Source of the DNA: Oscillospiraceae bacterium
GTDB taxonomy: Bacteria > Bacillota > Clostridia > Oscillospirales > CAG-272
Length of the DNA: 64,000 nt
Reading direction: 5' to 3'
NCBI GenBank assembly: GCA_015064355.1
Contig: SVSJ01000011.1
Span: 596 to 64,595, forward strand
Of this stretch, positions 26,590 through 35,249 are shown in pieces; position 1 is the stretch's first letter; the number at the start of each line of letters is the position of its first letter. The position numbers and the translations under genes are program-made. The notes beneath the pieces are model-generated. The model made no database searches and had not been told where the DNA came from. It saw nothing but the letters and a program-made list of their open reading frames with translations.

Positions 26590-27300
26590 AAGAATCCACC
26601 CGTAAAACGGGTGGTTTTTCTTATGCGGGCATAGCCCTCTGTTCCTCGCGTGTGTGTAAACACACTTACACGTTCTGCCAACTGCGTAGGATTGTTACTT
26701 GCTGCCCGTGAACGGGCTGTTTTCATTTATTGCGAGCTGCTCGCCCAGCTTATCCTCTTTTAATTGGTTGGCGATGTACTCCGCAATTCGGCTCGTATTC
26801 TTTCCAGCTGTATCTACATAGTACCCTTTGCACCAAAATTCTCTGCTTCGATATTTATACTTCAACTCGCCGAATTGCTCATACAGCATCGTGCTGCTTT
26901 TCCCCTTTAGATATCCCATGAAACTTGACACACTGATTTTCGGCGGTATTTCTAACAACATATGCACGTGATCCGGACATACTTCCGCTTCTACTATCTT
27001 TACTCCTTTCCACTCGCACAGTTGTCTTAATATCTTTCCTACTTCTTTCCGCTTTTCTCCATAGAATACTTTGCGTCTATATTTCGGCGCAAACACTATA
27101 TGATACTTGCAATTCCACTTCGTGTGTGATAAACTGTTTATGTCATTTATACTCATTCCCAAATGACCTCCTTTGTTGTATTTCTCGTGCAGTTGGCCGA
27201 CCGCACTTACATTATACTACAAAGGAGTTTTTATTTCTTCCTTATCGGCTAAGCCTTGACCGAACCACGCGACTATCGCGTGGTTTTCTGCATACAACAA
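26590..27300 (-). mobile_element. IS200-type insertion sequence (IS200/IS605 family, tnpA only), about 0.7 kb
   Basis: A Y1 transposase ORF flanked by subterminal hairpins (26596-26614 ccacccg-taaaa-cgggtgg; 27265-27283 ccacgcga-cta-tcgcgtgg). The size matches classical IS200. Confidence 0.8.
26695..27156 (-). CDS. tnpA: IS200/IS605-family Y1 transposase
   Basis: LSHTKWNCKYHIVFAPKYRRKVFYG, CPDHVHMLLEIPPK (HUH-type HxH) and the catalytic Tyr region YIANQ. ATG at 27156 is 10 nt after GGAGG (the ORF-track TTG at 27162 is rejected). Confidence 0.9.
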   Translation of the reverse strand: MSINDINSLSHTKWNCKYHIVFAPKYRRKVFYGEKRKEVGKILRQLCEWKGVKIVEAEVCPDHVHMLLEIPPKISVSSFMGYLKGKSSTMLYEQFGELKYKYRSREFWCKGYYVDTAGKNTSRIAEYIANQLKEDKLGEQLAINENSPFTGSK

Positions 27301-27328
27301 AAGCCTTACTTTGTAGTAAGGCTTTTTT
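27301..27328 (-). terminator. Terminator after the giant Cys-rich gene
   Basis: Hairpin aagccttac-tttgta-gtaaggctt flanked by A/T runs. The same hairpin family occurs at 44158 and 47716. Confidence 0.6.
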
Positions 27329-27346
27329 GTTATTGGTTTTTCCGGA

Positions 27347-30300
27347 TCATTCAATGGTCTCGCCGGTAGAGATGATCTGCTTGTACGAATACTGCTCGCC
27401 GCTCTTAAGTGTTACATTAATAATCACAATGTCGTTCTCGAAGTCGTACTCGTATGTTTGCGTGTATTCGTCGCAACTGTACATTTCAGTATAACTGTTG
27501 CCGTCGTGCCAAATATAGCTCTCTTCATGCCACAAACCATCGGCGCTCACGAACTTCTCATACAGTAACAGATCTGTGGTAATGGTTCTCTTTTCTATTC
27601 TTGTATAAGAACCATAACATTCCTCAGTGGTCACGCGAATATCCGCCTCGAAATCATATTCGTAGGTTTCAATACCGTATTTAGTTGCCAAGCTTGTCTC
27701 ATAACGCACATCTCCGCGCCAAATATATGTTCTGCTGTACAGATCTCCGTCAATATTGTAGAAGTCACTTGCGATCATGTATCCCTCGGGAGAGTAGGTG
27801 TAAACCTCTGTAAGATTGTAGCTGTGGCCGCAATTCTCACACTCATCTGTGGTAGCAAGGGTAACAATTGTGTTGCCGTCTTCATCTACGAACTTTTCTA
27901 CTCCCACATCATTCCTGGAATAATTGTGTTCATAATAGTTCGCACTACGACTGTCTCCGCAGAATACGCAGGTGTGAACGATTGTCACGCCGTCATTGTT
28001 CCGGCAACCATCCTCGGGAATCACGCTGTTATTCTCATCGTAGAGATAGATGTGAGAGTCCATAGCGATGTAGTATACCAGGGTTGTTTCACCGGTGGGG
28101 ATGAATTCGACTCTGAGCTTGTATGTGCAAGCGTCAAGGCCAAGTTCTTTTGCTACTGCAGCTACTCCTGCTGCGTCGATGTAAAGTCTGTAATTATCCC
28201 GGTCTTCTGTGATAAGGGAATTATCAAGCTTTACAGGAGCCTCAAGGCTGTCTGCTGCAAGGCTGATACTATGAACATAGTCAACATCATAATAGTTGTA
28301 ATAGTTTACAATGTAGCTTGTTCCGTCGCCTTCATAGCTTACGTCAGTGAGTACCAGATTGCCGTTGGCACCGGTTTCGTTTTCAACATGGCACTTGTTA
28401 CAAACGTAAACGCCCTTGGTGCTGTCGAAGTAGAAGCTGTGACCGTCATAATTGGCTGAGCGATTGATTTCTGTCGTACCGCAAGCCATGCAGACCGAGG
28501 TCCATATGCTCTCAGCACAAGTGTAGGAAGAAGTGGTTGAATACAAAGTGATGTGTTCAGTATATTCTCCTGTCACTGTACCGCCGTTGCTGTTTGCGGT
28601 AACATGTATTACGTGGCAGTAGTCGCCGGATTCAGCACCGGGATATGTGAACTCATGCTTTTCCCAGTAGTATGCGTTTCCGTCTTTGTCGTAATCTTCA
28701 TAATAGAAGGAAATGGGAGCGAGTTCTTCAATTCCCAGAACAGCATAGTAAGTGCGCACTTCCTTGTCGGTGCAATATGTGCCGGTCATGTTGTCGTATT
28801 GCATCCATGTTTCTGTGACATAGCGATTTTCGACAGCATACTCATGAGTATATATCAACTGTCCGCAGTTTTCACAAGTGAGGGTTTCGGTGTATCCGGA
28901 CTCGCTGTAAACCTTCTCAGATTTCTCGATATGCTGCTTTCTGCCGCTATCCAAAGCGAAAGAATACTGTTTCTTATAGGTTTTTGCTTCTACGTCAACA
29001 CCGAAATAGAAGTTCTTGTATGTAACGCTGTTGCAGTTATCGTCTATAGCGCTGTATACTTCTTCTACCCAAACGAATCCGCATGCAGGATCGGTAACAG
29101 CACAGGTGCGTACTCTGTATTCGCGATCGTTCTCATAGAACCAACGTGTCTGGTAGTCGGAATTTTCGGGCCAATTGAATTCCATAATTCCGCCGCAAGG
29201 ACAGGTATAAAGCTCAAGCTTTTCTTCGCATACGGAACCGTATTCGGTCAGGTCGATTACCTGCTCAGGTCTGGAGTTTCTGTGATGTCCTGTACCTGCA
29301 AATGTTCTTTTGGTCTCTTCGCCACAGAGTGCGCAGTACCAGATTATGTCAACGCCGTCGTAGCAGGTTTCGCTGCCCTCGCTGAGAACATACTCGCTGG
29401 TGAACTTAGGATGCTGAGTATAAGTTTCCGTTGAAGCAGACGAGTTTTGTGCCACGCGCTCTGCCGTTACAAGGCAGGGATCTTCTTCGTCATAGGTGTA
29501 AGTGTATTCTTCCCAGTGCTCAACCTCGCCGTTATAATTCAGGTGCTCGTTATATCTGTACTTAACTCGTGTGATGGGCTCATCAAAGCCGTCAAGCTCG
29601 AAATAACAGTATTCCTCAACGGAGGTGAAAGTAAGTACCACTTTGGTTTCTTCCAGGTCTTCAACAACGTACTCGTATTCCTTTGCTTCCTCGCTAATAA
29701 GAAGTCCTGTTGCATCATACTTGGAAATTGTCTGACGCTTTCCGAATACTCTGAAGCAGTCCGCGCAGCTTACTTCGCTTGTTTCAACAACTGTGCGTGT
29801 GCCGTCAGCTTCGGTTACATCACTGCACTCATCGGGAATACGCTTCAATTCATTGGGATGTGACTCGTTAACCTTTACAAGTGACTCTTCACAAATAAAC
29901 TCTTCTCCAAAGTAAACCTTGTAGGTGGTTGTATTGGTATAACAGCAGTTTTCGTCCTTTTCGCCCCGTGTATATGTTCGTTCAATTCTCAGGTCACATT
30001 CAGTACATGTGTAAATGTCTTTGTCATTTTCATACTCTGCGTCGAATGTGCCATAGTCAAAACTTACACCGCCGGATTCGCCGCAAGCACATGAGCCGTA
30101 GCGTACGTTGTGGTCAGCACAGCCTTCCGTTACGTATTCTTCAACTTGTACGTGATAGCTGACCTGATATGTCTTGCTTACACCGCAAACAGAACAAACT
30201 CTGGTGTAAACAACACCGTCTTCGCAGGTTTCAGATCCCTCCATGAGGGCTGTGGAAACTATTACTTCATTGTGTCTTGTTCCTTGGGTTTCGCTTGACA

Positions 30301-33300
30301 TAGACTTGATTTCTTCCCCATTGTAGTAGAGAACATAGCTGTTGATAATCTTGACATTACAGTTTTCGTCTCTTTCGCCAACTATCTGAGTTATCTCAAT
30401 TCTCATGCTACATTCGGAGCAAGAGTAGATTTCTTTGTCGTTTTCTTTGCTCCAGTCGAATGTGCCATAGTCAAAACTTACACCGCCGTATTCACCGCAA
30501 GCGCATGAGCCGTAGCGTACGTTGTGGTCAGCACAGCCTTCCGTTACGTATTCTTCAACACGAGCGTGATATCTATCCTGATATGTTGAGGTTTTGCCGC
30601 ATTCGGAGCAAGCTCTGGTAACAACAACACCGTCCTCGCAGCTTGTTGCACCGTCAATAAGCACTGCCTCGGTGATCACATATTTGTGACTCGTCTGAAT
30701 GGTCTTTGTTGTCTTGTCGAGAACAACCTCTCCGTCAAATGTTGCAACATAGCGCCATTCGACTTCTTTTTTACAGTCTCCTATATCCGTTTCGGAAATA
30801 CGGCTCTCTTCAAGTACGATACCGCACTCGGAGCAGGAGTATGTCCATTTATTCTTTTCGTAGGTCTCTGTAAATGTGTCATAGTCAAACCATACGCCGC
30901 TCTCTGCACCGCAAGCGCACGCGCCGTAGCTTATGTTGTGGTCCTCGCAGCCGACTGTTACAGGCTCGGTGGTAGTAAGGTGGTAATATGCCTCATATGT
31001 TCCCACGTGTCCGCAGTCCACACAAGTCTCTGTAAAGGAGATACCGTCCACACAGGTTTCAGAGCCTTCCATAAGGGATACGGATGTTACTAATGCGTCG
31101 TGAAGTTCCTGAACACTCTTGAACTCCAGATATTCAATAAGCTCTTCACCGTAGCTGATTTGATAGCACAGGTCTACTGTAGCGTAGCAGTTTTCATCCT
31201 TTTCGCCTACGCTCTCCATCTGCCATATCTTCAAGTCACACTCGAGACAAGAATATGTGCGAGCACCCATAATGGAAGAAACATTAAACGTACTTCTGTC
31301 AAACCATATTCCACCAGCTTCTCCGCAAGCACATGAGCCATAGCGTACGTTGTGGTCAGCACAGCCTTTGGTTATGTATGTTTCAACACGGGCGTGATAG
31401 TATGAAGTATATGTTTCTTCTACTCCGCAGTCAGGGCAGGTTCTGGTGATGATAACACCGTCAAGGCAGCTCTTGGATCCATCCGCAAGAACCGCAGAGG
31501 TTGTGATAGCATTATGGTTTGTGCCGGTAGTATTGAATGTCAGCTCTTTGATGATCTCTCCGTTCAAGCTGATTACATAATCAAGGATAACGTCAACCGA
31601 ACAGTCTTCGTGCTTTTCGCCTTGAGTGTATCCCTCTTCAATTCTCAGACCACATTCATCACAGGTGTATACCCACTTATCGTTTACTCGGGTCTCTTCA
31701 AATGTCTCGTATTCATACCACAGTCCGCTGTTCTTACCGCAAGCACATGCGCCGTAATATATATTGTGGTCGGCACAGCCTTCGGTTATGTATTCCTCAA
31801 CACGAGCGTGATAGTAGAAAGTTGCTGTTTCCACATATCCGCAGTCGGTGCAGTTTCTGGTAACAATTACACCGTCAAGGCAGCTTTCGGAACCTTCCGC
31901 AAGAACCGTAGAGGTTACGCAATAGTTGTGTTCTGCGTCAGTGGATGTCTTTGTTATTCTGTCAACCAGTTCTTCTTCAAAGTAAACATCGCAATACCAT
32001 GTTTCTGTTACGGTGCAGTTTTCGTCCTTTTCGCTTGTTACCGTGTATATTTCAACACAGATGTCGCATACGGGACAGGAGTACGTCTCCTTGCCTTCCA
32101 CTTCGTCGTATGAATGATCAAATGTGGAATCATTGACATCAACACCGGCAGCTCCGCAATGGCATTCGGACAGTATGATATCGTGGTCAGCGCAGCCTAC
32201 GGCTATCTCGCGCTTTTCGATGTCATGCTCCGTGCGAGTATATGTATCAACATATTCTCTTACAATCTCAGAGCCCCAGAAAAGATTTATGTATTCAGTT
32301 ATTTCAACTTTGCAGTTTTCGTCCTTTTCGCCGGATTCGCTGGTAGCTTCAATGAATACGTCACAGTCGGGGCAGGACAGTTCTATTCTATCACCATCTT
32401 CAACAGCGTCGAAAGAATCGTAGACAAAGAGGAGAGTGGTGAATTCCTCGCACAAGCATCCTTGCTGAGCGAGATGGTGTTTCTCGCATCCCAAGTCCAT
32501 CGGAGTGCTGAGGAGATAGTGATATCTGCCGGATTCTGTTTCCACTCTGCCGCAGTCGGAGCAAGTAATTGTAAGGATTACGCCGTCCTTACAGCTCTGT
32601 GCATCTTCTGTCGCATACTCAGCAGTAATAACATCGTCGTGGCGTATTTCGGTTTCGTTCAATTCAGTCTCAACAAGGAGAGTATCGAGCAAATACAGCT
32701 TAGAAGTCCAAGTGCATGTAATTACACAGTTTTCGTCCTTTTCGCTCTCTGTGTAATATTCGTGAATCTGGATATCGCACATTGGGCAGGTGTATGTATA
32801 GTGACCGTCACCAAAGACGTCTGTGAATGAGGAGTAATCCGCAAAGAATTCCTCATTTGAAATCGCGCCGCAGTCACACTTGAAAATGAGTACGTTGTGA
32901 TGGTCGCAGCCATCAACGGTTACTCTGTTGTATTCGTGCTCGTGATCTTCGGGGATATCAGGCTCTACGGGAACGTCAGGCTCTACGGGAACGTTGCTCT
33001 TCTTCTCTTCGCCGCAAATTCTGCATTCGCCATAGTAGAAATCGTGTTCGCATTCGTGTTCGCATCTTGTACACTTGCCGCCCTCGTAGTTATGTCCGAG
33101 AGGCAGAGTGCTGTCAGTTACGCGCTCGCTTTCGCAAACCTTACAGATATACTTGGTGTATCCACCGGTTACGCAATCGGGCTCTACAACAGTTATTTCG
33201 TCATCGTGTTCTGTGCTGGGAAGCTCCTCAAAGTACTCGTTTCCGCACTTGGAGCAAACCATATATTCTTTACCGACTTCTGCACAAGTAGGCGCCTTAT

Positions 33301-35083
33301 AGCGGGTCTCGTCACTCTTATAATCATGGCCGAGAGCAGCCTTTGTTGTAGTATATGTGTTACGGCAAAGGTCACAGGAATACTGAGACTCGCCGGGAGC
33401 ATCACAAGTGGGAGCTGTTTCGGAGATCAATTCCCAATTGTGGCCAAGAGCCTCAATCTTTTCGGTGATCTGCTCGTATCCGCATCTGGAGCAACGGATT
33501 CCAACGTATCCACCGCTCATACAAGTTGCGGGAGCAGAGCTGTCGATGTAATTGTGGCCGTATGCTTCGCAGATTTCAGCCACAGTCATACGGATCACGC
33601 CGTAATCAGAGAAGTGATTTGTCTTAAATACAATATATCCGTCACGGTATTCAACGTCTTCAATTACGGTAACGTTGCCTTCTTCATCAATGTACCATAC
33701 CATGATCGTGTCAGGGTCCTCACCGTTTGCGAGAGCGTAAGGAATGGACACGGTTACCATGCCGTCGAAGTTTGTGATCTCGTCCTGGTTTTCATCTTTG
33801 ATAGTCAGGCTGTAAACTTCTGATTCGCTGAGTCTTTCCGCGATCTCATCGCTGATATTATCCATGTCGTCAACGTCGCGCATATCAGCGGAAACATAAA
33901 TATCCAAGCCGGAAAGCTGCTCTGATGTGATAGCATCGGGAGCGATCGTAATGTCATTTACGAGAATCTCGTCAGCATCTCCAAGAGAAGTCAGCTCGCC
34001 GGATACGGTTGCTGTGGTCTTCTTTGTTGTTTCGCAAAGGGAGCAAACATAGGTTGTTGTGTTACCTTCAGTAGCGCCCTCTGTCCAAGCGTGAGCGTCG
34101 GGATTTACGGGGATCTCGGTTTCTGACAGCACTTCGGAGCAGGTCCGGCAGGTTACTGTCTTTGCACCGGGCGCGCTGCAGGTTGCCTCAGTAACTGTAA
34201 CGTACTCGGCGTGATGCTCAAACTCGTCGGATACTCTTTCCATAGCCGCACCGCAAGTTTCACAAGCTGCAGTTTCCACCCAAACGTACACGCAGGTCTT
34301 GTCCGCCACTGCCTCCATTTCAGGTTCAGACCATGCAGAGTCAAGAGCTGTATGACCGGTCGCGGGAGCGGTGATCTCGGTGTATGTATAGTCACAGTAT
34401 TCGCAGCTGTATACAGTGTAGCCGTCCTCGGTACAAGTTGCCTCGAATACTTCAGTCTTTTCTTCGTCAAATGAGTGGCCCTTTGCAGGAATTACTGTTC
34501 CGCAAACAAAGCATACTCCGTCCTCGGTACAAGAAACTTCGTACTCGTGGCCGAACGCCAGGTCTTCACGGGTTTCTTCCAAGCCGCACACGTCGCAGGC
34601 CATTACTACAAATCCGTTTTCAAGACAGGTTGCTGCGTTTGTGTCATCCTTGACTTTCCACTCGTGCAGATCTGTATTTATAGGTGTGTAGTCAACTATA
34701 TCTGTCTCGCCGCATTCGCAGGCAATAATTGTGTATCCCTGCTCGCCGCAAGTGGGTTCTACTACTTCAAGCACTCCCCACTTCTCATCTTCGTGCTGAC
34801 ATATATAATACATGTCAGAGAAAAGGGTGTGTCCAAGCAGATAGATTGCGTCGTCCTTATCTATTTTCCCGTCCTTGTTGTAGTCGCAAGGCTGGTCTAC
34901 GGGATAAAGCTCTGAGAAAATTGTGTTTCCCAGCAGGTGAATGGCGTCATCCTTGTTGATAAATCCGTTTCCGTCCAAGTCGCCAACAGCATCTCTGGCA
35001 GCAAAAATGCCCGTGCTGAGTTGAAGTGTCAGACAAACAGCAAAAAACAAAGCAAAAATTATCTTTATGCCTGCTTTCTTCAT
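27347..35083 (-). CDS. 2578-aa secreted protein: N-terminal dockerin followed almost entirely by Cys-rich zinc-ribbon-like modules
   Basis: Signal peptide MKKAGIKIIFALFFAVCLTLQLSTGIFA. Dockerin loops GDLDGNGFINKDDAIHLLG and CDYNKDGKIDKDDAIYLLG. About 8 modules of type (A/P)TC...G.....C..C...GH. Eight ~138-aa repeats are each marked by (G/S)EKDENC. No LPXTG or C-terminal TM. Confidence 0.65.
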   Translation of the reverse strand: MKKAGIKIIFALFFAVCLTLQLSTGIFAARDAVGDLDGNGFINKDDAIHLLGNTIFSELYPVDQPCDYNKDGKIDKDDAIYLLGHTLFSDMYYICQHEDEKWGVLEVVEPTCGEQGYTIIACECGETDIVDYTPINTDLHEWKVKDDTNAATCLENGFVVMACDVCGLEETREDLAFGHEYEVSCTEDGVCFVCGTVIPAKGHSFDEEKTEVFEATCTEDGYTVYSCEYCDYTYTEITAPATGHTALDSAWSEPEMEAVADKTCVYVWVETAACETCGAAMERVSDEFEHHAEYVTVTEATCSAPGAKTVTCRTCSEVLSETEIPVNPDAHAWTEGATEGNTTTYVCSLCETTKKTTATVSGELTSLGDADEILVNDITIAPDAITSEQLSGLDIYVSADMRDVDDMDNISDEIAERLSESEVYSLTIKDENQDEITNFDGMVTVSIPYALANGEDPDTIMVWYIDEEGNVTVIEDVEYRDGYIVFKTNHFSDYGVIRMTVAEICEAYGHNYIDSSAPATCMSGGYVGIRCSRCGYEQITEKIEALGHNWELISETAPTCDAPGESQYSCDLCRNTYTTTKAALGHDYKSDETRYKAPTCAEVGKEYMVCSKCGNEYFEELPSTEHDDEITVVEPDCVTGGYTKYICKVCESERVTDSTLPLGHNYEGGKCTRCEHECEHDFYYGECRICGEEKKSNVPVEPDVPVEPDIPEDHEHEYNRVTVDGCDHHNVLIFKCDCGAISNEEFFADYSSFTDVFGDGHYTYTCPMCDIQIHEYYTESEKDENCVITCTWTSKLYLLDTLLVETELNETEIRHDDVITAEYATEDAQSCKDGVILTITCSDCGRVETESGRYHYLLSTPMDLGCEKHHLAQQGCLCEEFTTLLFVYDSFDAVEDGDRIELSCPDCDVFIEATSESGEKDENCKVEITEYINLFWGSEIVREYVDTYTRTEHDIEKREIAVGCADHDIILSECHCGAAGVDVNDSTFDHSYDEVEGKETYSCPVCDICVEIYTVTSEKDENCTVTETWYCDVYFEEELVDRITKTSTDAEHNYCVTSTVLAEGSESCLDGVIVTRNCTDCGYVETATFYYHARVEEYITEGCADHNIYYGACACGKNSGLWYEYETFEETRVNDKWVYTCDECGLRIEEGYTQGEKHEDCSVDVILDYVISLNGEIIKELTFNTTGTNHNAITTSAVLADGSKSCLDGVIITRTCPDCGVEETYTSYYHARVETYITKGCADHNVRYGSCACGEAGGIWFDRSTFNVSSIMGARTYSCLECDLKIWQMESVGEKDENCYATVDLCYQISYGEELIEYLEFKSVQELHDALVTSVSLMEGSETCVDGISFTETCVDCGHVGTYEAYYHLTTTEPVTVGCEDHNISYGACACGAESGVWFDYDTFTETYEKNKWTYSCSECGIVLEESRISETDIGDCKKEVEWRYVATFDGEVVLDKTTKTIQTSHKYVITEAVLIDGATSCEDGVVVTRACSECGKTSTYQDRYHARVEEYVTEGCADHNVRYGSCACGEYGGVSFDYGTFDWSKENDKEIYSCSECSMRIEITQIVGERDENCNVKIINSYVLYYNGEEIKSMSSETQGTRHNEVIVSTALMEGSETCEDGVVYTRVCSVCGVSKTYQVSYHVQVEEYVTEGCADHNVRYGSCACGESGGVSFDYGTFDAEYENDKDIYTCTECDLRIERTYTRGEKDENCCYTNTTTYKVYFGEEFICEESLVKVNESHPNELKRIPDECSDVTEADGTRTVVETSEVSCADCFRVFGKRQTISKYDATGLLISEEAKEYEYVVEDLEETKVVLTFTSVEEYCYFELDGFDEPITRVKYRYNEHLNYNGEVEHWEEYTYTYDEEDPCLVTAERVAQNSSASTETYTQHPKFTSEYVLSEGSETCYDGVDIIWYCALCGEETKRTFAGTGHHRNSRPEQVIDLTEYGSVCEEKLELYTCPCGGIMEFNWPENSDYQTRWFYENDREYRVRTCAVTDPACGFVWVEEVYSAIDDNCNSVTYKNFYFGVDVEAKTYKKQYSFALDSGRKQHIEKSEKVYSESGYTETLTCENCGQLIYTHEYAVENRYVTETWMQYDNMTGTYCTDKEVRTYYAVLGIEELAPISFYYEDYDKDGNAYYWEKHEFTYPGAESGDYCHVIHVTANSNGGTVTGEYTEHITLYSTTSSYTCAESIWTSVCMACGTTEINRSANYDGHSFYFDSTKGVYVCNKCHVENETGANGNLVLTDVSYEGDGTSYIVNYYNYYDVDYVHSISLAADSLEAPVKLDNSLITEDRDNYRLYIDAAGVAAVAKELGLDACTYKLRVEFIPTGETTLVYYIAMDSHIYLYDENNSVIPEDGCRNNDGVTIVHTCVFCGDSRSANYYEHNYSRNDVGVEKFVDEDGNTIVTLATTDECENCGHSYNLTEVYTYSPEGYMIASDFYNIDGDLYSRTYIWRGDVRYETSLATKYGIETYEYDFEADIRVTTEECYGSYTRIEKRTITTDLLLYEKFVSADGLWHEESYIWHDGNSYTEMYSCDEYTQTYEYDFENDIVIINVTLKSGEQYSYKQIISTGETIE
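29800..32900 (-). repeat. Eight divergent tandem coding repeats of ~414 bp (one of ~297 bp)
   Basis: The marker cagttttcgtccttttc (EKDENC) or a variant recurs at about 29947, 30361, 30775, 31190, 31600, 32015, 32312 and 32727. Confidence 0.8.
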
Positions 35084-35174
35084 AGTTCACTTGTCTCCTT
35101 TGTTGTTTTTATCATATTGTTCGTACTTATCTCTTTTTCTTCGCTACGGTCAGGTGCCGATTAATTCATCTTTA

Positions 35175-35249
35175 TCAATATTCCTTGACAACAGAACCCT
35201 TGTTGTAGTTCACATCAGAGGTAATGATCACAAGGTCCTTGATGTCAAA
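35175..35249 (-). pseudogene. In-frame continuation of a half-dockerin beyond a TGA that replaces a Cys codon
   Basis: After ...AADVNGDK the codon is TGA (35252-35250). The next 24 codons read FDIKDLVIITSDVNYNKGSVVKEY*. The internal dockerin of the same gene reads ADINGDKCFDIKDLVIITSDVNYNKG, with TGC at that position. Confidence 0.6.
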
